Shown: one piece after another, positions 22,136 to 31,100 of the stretch
Layout of the letters: each line of letters begins with the position of its first letter
Position numbering within the stretch: position 1 is the stretch's first letter
Assembly (NCBI GenBank): GCA_044240285.1
Contig: JBIHZU010000003.1
Span: 1-33,702, forward strand
Direction: 5' to 3'
DNA from: Candidatus Nanopelagicales bacterium
GTDB lineage: Bacteria; Actinomycetota; Actinomycetes; S36-B12
DNA length: 33,702 bases
Notes under the pieces: model-generated
The model's input: only the letters and a program-made list of their open reading frames with translations
Told to the model about the DNA's origin: nothing
Databases searched by the model: none
Program-made: the position numbers and the translations under genes

Positions 22136-23181
22136 GCCCCGCGGGCCCGCTCTAATAACGCCAACAGATGCGCATCGACTTCTTCATGTCTCTCGAGCGT
22201 CAGCATGTGCCCTGCAGATTGCAGAACCACGAATTCTGCCCCCGGCAGTCTTCGAACAATTTCGTGACTATGTGACTCGGGGATCAACAGATCCGAATCC
22301 CCCACCATCACTAGCGTCTCGACTCTTTCCAGTGCTGAGAGAGCCTCGACCTTGTCGTGACGTTCGAGCGCGGGAAGAAAACTAGCGATGACTTCCACGG
22401 GCGTCGAATCGATCATTTCTGCCACAAAGGCAGTCAGACCAGGGTTCACTCGAGGGTTCCCAAAAGAAAAAAGTTGCGTCAATATCAGGCCTAAGTCACT
22501 ACCACTTCGACGACCACTCTCCACCAAGGCAGGACGCTTGGCTAACGCCCCGGCGAACGTCGGAGCCCACCGATGAAGCAACTTGCCGATCGGCGTAGGC
22601 AAGCCGAAGGAAATGTCGGAAATGCCTCCCGCGGTCGTCGCGAGGAGAGCAACACCGGTGACGCGTGTGCCGAATAGCTCGGGATATCGCGCGGCGAGCG
22701 CCATGATCGTCATCCCACCCATCGAATGCCCAACCAGCACTATGTGACCTGTCGGAGCGAGGTTGTCCATTACACAACGCAGATCCTCGCCAAGTTCGTC
22801 GATGGTTGGTGCGGCGCCCGATCGCTGCGATCGACCATGACTGCGTTGATCCCAGAAAACGAGCCGGGCGTGAGGTCGAAGCGCAAGACGCTGAAAGTGC
22901 CATGAGTGCAAATTCAACGCGTAGCCATGACAGAAGATCACCGTCACGTCGGAGGGTTGCACAGGTTCATCAACCTCTGCGTGGATGTAGACGTTGTCGT
23001 CAGCGATGACACCTGCCTCTTCGCCGGACAGCGTGCCGTATGGCGAAGACAGCAGGTCGAACCTACGACCAACGAGGCGTCGTTCGGTGAATACTCCGAC
23101 GGCGGCACCAGCCGCAACTGACCCCACTGCACCAAGCCCCAACAAGGCCAGTCGCGCAGCGACCGGAATCTGGCGTCCCAT
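22132..23181 (-). CDS. Alpha/beta hydrolase with an N-terminal hydrophobic anchor
   Basis: FCHGY, WDQRSHGRS, nucleophile elbow GHSMGG, GDSD, AGHM; usual position between alr and tsaE. Confidence 0.92.
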   Translation of the reverse strand: MGRQIPVAARLALLGLGAVGSVAAGAAVGVFTERRLVGRRFDLLSSPYGTLSGEEAGVIADDNVYIHAEVDEPVQPSDVTVIFCHGYALNLHSWHFQRLALRPHARLVFWDQRSHGRSQRSGAAPTIDELGEDLRCVMDNLAPTGHIVLVGHSMGGMTIMALAARYPELFGTRVTGVALLATTAGGISDISFGLPTPIGKLLHRWAPTFAGALAKRPALVESGRRSGSDLGLILTQLFSFGNPRVNPGLTAFVAEMIDSTPVEVIASFLPALERHDKVEALSALERVETLVMVGDSDLLIPESHSHEIVRRLPGAEFVVLQSAGHMLTLERHEEVDAHLLALLERARGA

Positions 23182-23190
23182 AACGGCTCG

Positions 23191-24318
23191 TTACGCCTTG
23201 TACCGGCGGCGTACACGCGGTCCAATACGCGTGACGATCTCATAAGCGATGGTGTCTGCCCACATCGCCCAATCGGCAGCCGTTGGTTCACCGTCATCTC
23301 CAGAGCCGAAAATGACCACCTCATCACCGGAAGCCACGTCGCCATCGGTCACATCAACCACGAACTGATCCATCGCAATGCGCCCTACCACTGCAAATCT
23401 TTGCCCAGCGATCTGCACCTCGGCTCCGACGCTCGATCGAGGGATGCCGTCGGCGTAGCCCAGCGGAATCAGTGCCAATGTCGAGGGCCGGTCGGCGCGC
23501 CATGTCAGTCCGTACGACACACCGTGCCCTTTCGGGACCTGCTTGAGTTGAGCAACTTGAGTGCGTAAGGACATCACCGGCGTTATGCCGAGGTCGTCCG
23601 GCGAGCCGAGATCGTGACCGGGAGAAATACCGTAGGCGCCAATGCCAATACGGACCAGATCAAACCGGGCCTCCGGGCGCATAAGCGCTCCGGCGGTATT
23701 TGCGAGGTGCGTGATCGTTGGCTCAAGTCCCATCTCACGCGCAATGCCCAAAGCTTTATTGAATAAAGCAACCTGATCGGCACTTTCTGATCGATGCGGT
23801 TCGTCCGAAACTGCGAAATGGGACCAGATTCCTCGCACAGTGAGGACTCCAGCAACTTCAGCATCGCGGGTAGCACGCACAAGAGCGGGCCAGTCCGAGA
23901 TGGGGCAGCCGCCACGTCCAAGACCAGTATCAACTTTCAAGTGAACGAACGGCTTTCGCCCAGCCCCAGCAATCACTACGTCACCTAGATCATCGATGGA
24001 CGACACGCTCACATCGACGTCAGCGGCAATACATGCCTGCAGGTGCGGATCATCCGGCGCATAAAGCCATGCGAGCATCGGACCCACATCGCCAGCGGCG
24101 CGCAACGCGAGCGCCTCAGTCGGGAAAGCGACGCCGAGCCACTCAATGCCTACTTCACGGGCGGCAGCAGCAATCTCGACGGCCCCGTGGCCATAGGCAT
24201 CTGCTTTGACAACCGCCATCACAGTTGCAGGTGCCACAGCGGACATGATGTGCGCGAGGTTGGCTTGCAACGCGTCGATGTCGATGACGGCTTCCGCCGG
24301 ACCGTGAGGTTGGGTCAC
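23191..24318 (-). CDS. alr: Alanine racemase
   Basis: AVVKADAYGHGA (PLP lysine), HLKVDTGLGR, VSYG, GYADG, GRIAMDQ. Confidence 0.98.
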   Translation of the reverse strand: MTQPHGPAEAVIDIDALQANLAHIMSAVAPATVMAVVKADAYGHGAVEIAAAAREVGIEWLGVAFPTEALALRAAGDVGPMLAWLYAPDDPHLQACIAADVDVSVSSIDDLGDVVIAGAGRKPFVHLKVDTGLGRGGCPISDWPALVRATRDAEVAGVLTVRGIWSHFAVSDEPHRSESADQVALFNKALGIAREMGLEPTITHLANTAGALMRPEARFDLVRIGIGAYGISPGHDLGSPDDLGITPVMSLRTQVAQLKQVPKGHGVSYGLTWRADRPSTLALIPLGYADGIPRSSVGAEVQIAGQRFAVVGRIAMDQFVVDVTDGDVASGDEVVIFGSGDDGEPTAADWAMWADTIAYEIVTRIGPRVRRRYKA

Positions 24319-24323
24319 AGCAC

Positions 24324-25856
24324 CTATTCCATCACTCGGCGCAGTAAAGCGATGGCATCCGGTAGTGCATCGACGACATCCATGGCCGTCACCGGGCGAC
24401 CATCTGCGGCCGCTAGGGCTCCTGCAGCGCCATGCGCCCCTACCGCAGCCGCAACGATGCGCGCCGCTTCGCCGCTATCAGTGATCTCACCACGGGCCTG
24501 CGCTGCCGCCAGCATGGAGCCAGCTAGTCCGGCGAGAATGTCACCCGTACCTGCAGTTCCGAGCTCCGCGCCACCGAAGCTGTCAACAAATGTGGTGCCA
24601 TCCGGTGCTGCGATAACTGTGCCAGGCCCTTTGAGCACCACGATGGCACCCAATTCGCGCGCTGCTACCTGCGCCGCTCCAAGTCGCCCCAACGAGAGGG
24701 CATCGCCAAAACCCAAGGCTCGAAACTCGCCGACATGAGGGGTCAATACTGAGACATCGCCTCGGCGACCACGCTCAATAAGCGCATCGCGCACCTCCGC
24801 GTAGCCGGAGATAACTCGCAACGCATCTGCATCGAAGACAATCGGCGCCTCCATCGCGAGCATTTCGCGAACCCGTACGACTGACTCCTCGTCGTTGCCC
24901 AAACCTGGGCCAATTACCCAGGCCTCGAATTCACAATCTGCAGGACGCGCATCGCTAGCCGTAACATCCCAGAAGTGCTGGACGACGGCAGCGGCAACCC
25001 CATCACTACGATCAACAAGATGCACCTTGCCTACGCCACCTTGCCGAGCACCACCCACACACAACATGGCCGCCCCCCGGTAACGCCCACTACCAGCCAT
25101 GATGCCGACGATGCCGCGCGAATACTTGTAGTCAGCACCCTGCGGCTCAGGGAGCGCAGACGCAACGTCTAGGCCATCTAGTAATGCGACGCCATAAGCA
25201 GGCAGGTAATCGTCAAGGCCAATATCAACTTCAACGACAGCGCCGGCCGCTTCGCGTCCCGGCGAGATAACTAGGCCCTGCTTGAGGCAGCCGAAGGTCA
25301 CAGTCACATCGGCGTAAATGCATGCATCAGGGTCAGCGATCAGCCCCGTGTCGGAGTCGACTCCACTTGGAACATCGACTGCTACTAGAAGCGATCCAGA
25401 GTCACGGGCCGCACGCGCGAGAGCAATTGCTGGGCCGCGTAAGGGCCCACTTCCACCGATGCCCACGATGCCGTCCATTACCAAGGCCGCACGCACGATT
25501 GCCGCAAGTGCCTCACTGTCGTCTGGACCGGTGACCATGCGAGCGCGACCGCCCGCCATTCGCAGGGCGACAACTGCTCCATCATGTGAGTGATCCGAGA
25601 GGAGCAACGCGGTGACTTGCGCTCCACGACGTGCGAGAACCGCCCCTGCATAGAGCGCATCCGCCCCATTGTTGCCGCTGCCCACCAACAGGACAATTCG
25701 TGCTCCGGCGACACCATGTTCGACATCGGTGAGGATGGCGGCGCATGTGCGCGCAAGACCGAAAGATGCGCGCTGCATCAAGGTGCCTTCGGGCAGTTCT
25801 TGCATCAGTGCCGATTCAGCTTCTCGCACTGAGGCCACGTCGTAAGCAGCTCTCAT
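24324..25856 (-). CDS. nnr: Bifunctional NAD(P)H-hydrate epimerase/dehydratase
   Basis: [65 protein letters not shown]. Confidence 0.95.
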   Translation of the reverse strand: MRAAYDVASVREAESALMQELPEGTLMQRASFGLARTCAAILTDVEHGVAGARIVLLVGSGNNGADALYAGAVLARRGAQVTALLLSDHSHDGAVVALRMAGGRARMVTGPDDSEALAAIVRAALVMDGIVGIGGSGPLRGPAIALARAARDSGSLLVAVDVPSGVDSDTGLIADPDACIYADVTVTFGCLKQGLVISPGREAAGAVVEVDIGLDDYLPAYGVALLDGLDVASALPEPQGADYKYSRGIVGIMAGSGRYRGAAMLCVGGARQGGVGKVHLVDRSDGVAAAVVQHFWDVTASDARPADCEFEAWVIGPGLGNDEESVVRVREMLAMEAPIVFDADALRVISGYAEVRDALIERGRRGDVSVLTPHVGEFRALGFGDALSLGRLGAAQVAARELGAIVVLKGPGTVIAAPDGTTFVDSFGGAELGTAGTGDILAGLAGSMLAAAQARGEITDSGEAARIVAAAVGAHGAAGALAAADGRPVTAMDVVDALPDAIALLRRVME

Positions 25857-26233
25857 GGGCGTGACTCAGCAATCACCTGAGCGATGGCAATCGGACCATC
25901 GTGACTCAATGACATGTGCCAGGTGGTGATGCCTCGCTCTTCGGCTGCAGCGGCCACCGTCCCAGTCATTCGTAGGGACGGTTCGCCGCGTTCGCTCTGG
26001 CGCACCTCACAGTGATGCCACTCAAGAGCGTTGGGAACTCCGAGCGCCTTTGCTACTGCCTCTTTGGCGGCAAACCGCGCCGCGAGCGACTCGATTGAGC
26101 GCTCAAGTCCACCGGGAGTGACCCGCTCTTCTACGGTGAAGAGCCGCTCCAAGAGGCGAGGAGTGCGATTAGCGGCCGCGCGAAAACGATCTATATCGAC
26201 CACATCAACGCCCACACCGATAATCACGGTCAC
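25853..26233 (-). CDS. acpS: Holo-[acyl-carrier-protein] synthase
   Basis: [29 protein letters not shown]. Confidence 0.97.
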   Translation of the reverse strand: MTVIIGVGVDVVDIDRFRAAANRTPRLLERLFTVEERVTPGGLERSIESLAARFAAKEAVAKALGVPNALEWHHCEVRQSERGEPSLRMTGTVAAAAEERGITTWHMSLSHDGPIAIAQVIAESRP

Positions 26234-28080
26234 TCCACAGTGACGGACTTAGCAAGGTTGCGCGGCTGGTCGACGTCGTGACCCTTGGCCGTCGCCATCG
26301 CACACGCGAAGACCTGCAATGGCACCGTCGACACCAGCGGCTGCATCAGCGTCGGAACCGCGGGAACGCGAATGATGTGATCTGCGTAGGGCACAACTGT
26401 TTCATCGCCTTCTTCGGCGATGACAATGGTGCGAGCTCCACGGGCCCGAACTTCTTGCATGTTGGAGATGATCTTGTCGTGCAATGTTGCCCGACCGCGC
26501 GGCGAAGGCACGACAACGACGACGGGGACGCCCTCTTCGATCAACGCGATGGGGCCATGCTTGAGTTCACCAGCAGCAAAGCCCTCAGCATGCATGTACG
26601 CGAGTTCTTTGAGCTTGAGTGCGCCTTCGAGCGCCACGGGATAACCCACGTGCCGACCAATGAAAAGCACCGAAGGAGCACTCGCGAGTTCGCGAGCGAG
26701 TTCGGTCACGGGCTCGACGGTGTCCAAAACACGGTCAACGGCCTGCGGCATGTCCTGTAGGTCACGCATCACGGAGGCAATCTCATCGCCAAACATATTG
26801 CCGCGTACCTGCGCGAGGTAGAGCCCGACGAGATAGGCCGCAATGATCTGAGTGAGGAAAGCTTTAGTTGATGCAACTGCGATCTCGGGTCCGGCATAGG
26901 TGTAGAGCACCGCATCGGACTCGCGCGGAATCGTTGAGCCGACTGTGTTGCAGATTGCGAGCGCCTTAGACCCCTGCTCGCGTGCGTAACGAAGGGCCAT
27001 CAAGGTGTCCATAGTCTCGCCAGACTGTGAGATGGCAATGGTGAGTGTGCGATCGTCAACGATGGGATCGCGGTAACGGAACTCGGACGCGAGTTCGACA
27101 TCGACCGGGATGCGAGTCCAGTGCTCGATGGCGTATTTCGCCACGAGGCCCGCGTGATATGCCGTGCCACACGCAATCACCACAATCTTGTCGATCTCGC
27201 GCAGGTCTGCGTCACTCAGTCGCATCTCGTCGAGCTGTAGACGACCATCGGCCCCAACTCGGCCGCGAAGTGCATCGGCGACTGACTTCGGCTGCTCGTA
27301 GATCTCCTTCATCATGAAGGTGTCATGGCCACCTTTTTCGGCCGCCGCTGCATCCCACGTCACGGTGAACGGCTTAGCCTCGACCGCGACACCGTCAAAG
27401 TCCGTGATGGTGACGCCTTCACGCGTGATCGAGACGACCTGATCCTGACCAAGCTCTAAGGCCTCGCGGGTGTAAGCCACGAACGCCGACACATCGGAAG
27501 CGAGGAAGTTTTCACCCTGACCAAGACCCACGACTAACGGAGAGTTACGCCGCGCAGCAACCACCACATCAGTGTCATCGGCGACAACCGCGACGAGCGT
27601 AAAGGCTCCCTCGAGACGCCGACATGTGTGACGCATAGCCTCAGCTAGGTCACCTCCGACCTCGGGCAGCGACCGAGCCAGAATGTGGGCGACGACCTCT
27701 GTATCGGTCTCGGACGAGAGGGTTACGCCCACCGCCGTGAGTTCGGCGCGTAGTTCGGCGAAGTTCTCGATGATGCCGTTGTGGATGACAGCAACGCGGC
27801 CGTCCTCGCTGACATGCGGGTGCGCATTGGCGTCGGTCGGTCCCCCATGGGTAGCCCAGCGGGTGTGCCCGATCCCGATCGTGGAGGACGCCAGCGGATC
27901 CGTGCCCAAGAGACTCTCTAGGTTGGCGAGCTTGCCGGCCTTCTTGCGCACGTCAAGGTGATCACCGCTGACGACCGCGACGCCTGCGGAGTCATAGCCT
28001 CGGTACTCGAGCTTGCGCAGCCCCTCCACCACGACCTCAAGGGCCTGCTTTTCGCCTACATAACCCACGATGCCGCACAT
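26230..28080 (-). CDS. glmS: Glutamine-fructose-6-phosphate transaminase (isomerising)
   Basis: [48 protein letters not shown]. Confidence 0.99.
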   Translation of the reverse strand: MCGIVGYVGEKQALEVVVEGLRKLEYRGYDSAGVAVVSGDHLDVRKKAGKLANLESLLGTDPLASSTIGIGHTRWATHGGPTDANAHPHVSEDGRVAVIHNGIIENFAELRAELTAVGVTLSSETDTEVVAHILARSLPEVGGDLAEAMRHTCRRLEGAFTLVAVVADDTDVVVAARRNSPLVVGLGQGENFLASDVSAFVAYTREALELGQDQVVSITREGVTITDFDGVAVEAKPFTVTWDAAAAEKGGHDTFMMKEIYEQPKSVADALRGRVGADGRLQLDEMRLSDADLREIDKIVVIACGTAYHAGLVAKYAIEHWTRIPVDVELASEFRYRDPIVDDRTLTIAISQSGETMDTLMALRYAREQGSKALAICNTVGSTIPRESDAVLYTYAGPEIAVASTKAFLTQIIAAYLVGLYLAQVRGNMFGDEIASVMRDLQDMPQAVDRVLDTVEPVTELARELASAPSVLFIGRHVGYPVALEGALKLKELAYMHAEGFAAGELKHGPIALIEEGVPVVVVVPSPRGRATLHDKIISNMQEVRARGARTIVIAEEGDETVVPYADHIIRVPAVPTLMQPLVSTVPLQVFACAMATAKGHDVDQPRNLAKSVTVE

Positions 28081-28107
28081 GAGAGCCAGCCTACGGGGTG
28101 GTCAGGG

Positions 28108-31100
28108 CTACAGGCCGCCGGTCAGGATCGCGGTGTCGGCGGGGTAGTCGATCTTAGGATCAAATGCTCCCGTGGGCCACGGGGTGTAGGGCCCCACGGG
28201 ATCTGTGCCATGAGGGCGCACGTAGGCCATGGTTACTGCACCCGAATCGCCTGCCTCAATATTCGTCGCGACGCGCCCCGGGAAGGGGATATTTGCCGCA
28301 GCGCGATACGTCGTGATCGCGCCGCTGTTGGACACCACCGTCACGAGGTACTTAATCCAGGCACCACGTGGGAACCACGACACGCTCTGCGGGAAGAGTC
28401 CTGAAATCTCTAGGGAGCCCCGGAATACCGTCGCAGTGATTCCATCGAGCGTTGCGCAGGAGCCATCAAAAGAGCAGGTTCCGAGAGTCGCATAGCCGGT
28501 GGCCTCACCCGCTGACGGAGACCGAGCATGGAGCAAGTTATCGGCCGCCGCGTCGTAGGCCGATGGCATGATCATCGCCTGCACCCTCGATGCACTGAGG
28601 TTGACGTTAGCGAGGTTCGGAAGCGCGATGCTGATCTGGCTAGAGAACTGCTGGGCGAACTGCATGGAGACGCCGACCCCGTAACCTATGTCTATCGGCT
28701 GTGGTGGATTTGCCGCAGCGACGGCCGCGTAGGCATCTGCGATGGCCTGGTTCCACGCCACAACTCGCTGTCCTTCCTCAGTGTCATCGGCAGCTACCAT
28801 CTGGTCTCCCACGAGGAGCGTGTAGTCGGGAGTCTCCCGGAAGGCCGGATCGTTCGCAGGTCCACTCCTCGCGTACTCATCAATGGCTTCGTCGAGATAA
28901 CTCGCCACTATCTCATCGAAACTCACGCGGCCAGGAACAATTGCCTTCACGATCTCCGCTTGAACTGTCTGAGTGGCAAGTTTGCCGAAGTACAGCCACC
29001 CCTGATTAATCTTCCCAATCCGGAACTGAGCTGCCCACGCCATCTGTCGGGCGACTTGTACGGGCATGCTGGTGGTCACACGCAATGCGGCTGCGGTTGC
29101 CCCAGATTTCGCTGCTGTCAAGAATTGCGCCACACGTCCTGGAGCACTCGCCGCTGCCGTTGCCGGACGCGCGGCGATTGCTGCCGCCCGCGCTGCCTTG
29201 AACGCTACGAATCCAGCTTTGAGACCTGCAAACACCGGTCCAGCAACCGTTGAACCAATGGCAAGCGCGGCACAAGTCCACGTCGAGCACGTCATTGCAC
29301 TAAAGATGTTGTAAACCGGGATCATCGACAACGCCACCGCAGTAACGGTCATCAAGAATGCGGCGACTGCCTCGCTGCGGAAAATAGCCATCCACAAGGA
29401 ATGCTGAGCATTTCGGAACCAATCCATCGCAGTATTCGCCGCCCACCACCAGGTGGAATGGATGGGAGAAGGTTCCTGCAGAACTCCACCCAGCCATTGT
29501 CCCGAAGCCGAGACAATGGCGCTTCCGGTGGTGTTGACCGCGATAGACGTGGCGTTGAGCGGGAGGCTCGATGACGCCGAGGAGATGCCCCAAGGCGTCG
29601 TAGTCGTCACAATCAGGGTGTCAGCGCTCGTTAGAGTGAAGCCCAGCGAGGAGGGATCAATTTCCATGGCCATTCGGCCGCCGATAGGCGTGATTTCTGG
29701 CTTCAGGAAAGTGGTGCCATTGCCATCACTGCTCAAACATACGCCGGAGTAGAAGCAGATCGCGATGATTTGTGAGACGCCGGAGTGCGTCAACTGCAAA
29801 GACACCATGACATTCGCCATAGAGGTCTGAACTTCCGGCGCCATGCCGGTCCAACGAGCCGCGGTCAGCACACGAAGTTTCTGACCCGCCGATTCGCTCG
29901 TAAGAGCCACCTCTGCCATCTGCGTCGTCGCCCACGGCGAGACATTAAGCGTGGTGCTCACAAGCCCGTGACCGGAGTCGGCATAGGACATGATGCCTAT
30001 GTCACGTGTGCCAACAGTCAACCCGCCGATGTCGACCGCGTCAGCTGAATCGACATTGCGCATGGACCACACGATGCAGCGAGTCAGACAGGTGAGTCCG
30101 GTGCCCGCAACGGCGCTTCGCCACTGCTCTTGTCCGCCAAAAGGAATGGATGCGGCATTAATCGTCTGTCGCTCCGAGCCGTACATCTCTGTCGCGGAAT
30201 AGAGCCGATCATTCGACCAGGAGGAATCAGGAGCGACAAATAGGGGCTTTGTGCCTGGCTGAGAAACCGCAAGGGCCATTGGCACATAGGCGTCGTCGTC
30301 TACGCCGAATACCGGGTCAATGGTGGCGCGAACAAAAGCCGTCTCTCCCACTCGAGGATCACGGACCCCCCAGTTAGACCACGAAAGGACTCGTTCAGAT
30401 CCCTCGCGATGTAGCGAGTTGTTAATGGGTGCGTACGTGCCACCGGTGATATTCGCTGAGGCGATGTCCATGCGAATCACGGGAGCGCCGGCACCATGCA
30501 CCCCTGCCTCATGTGCAGTACGTGCGGTGGTCACCGCTGTCGACCTCGCCGGTGCGTAGTCAGCAGTCACGCCCGTCTCATAGGCGCCCACGAACACTTG
30601 GCTCGTCACCGTAACCGCAAAACCACCAGCCTCAGACGCGACACTTACGGAACTCTTCGGCGTCAACATGTTGATTGTCAGACCTGCTGCAGCCAGACTC
30701 TGCTCGGTAATCGCGGATCGATTGACGTTGTTGATCACCAAGGTATCTGTGGTCGCCCCAGTCGCAAGATCGACCGTGACGTCATGTCGGGTGGGAGTGC
30801 AGTAAGTGTTGACGCCAGTACTTCCGACGCCGGTCCTGCCGCAGAAGACGGGGCGTACTGCGTGGAATGTCACTGTCCCCGTACGGAGATTCGCGGCCAT
30901 GGAACTCGGGAAAAGAACTTTGGTAGAAACCGGCACGAGATGATCACGGAGAACCGAGTCGTGGAGCAGCTGCCTAGGCGACACCGGTACCGGTGTCTGA
31001 TTGACCTGACCGCTCGCGGCAGCTGTCACGGTCACCGCACCACTATCCCCGGCCGATGTGCGAGTGATTGCCGTGAAGAGAATCGCGGTGTCGTTGGGCA

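Noticed and set aside
28081-28107. glmS ribozyme
   Set aside because: Only 27 nt lie between the upstream stop and the glmS ATG, and the gene looks leaderless.
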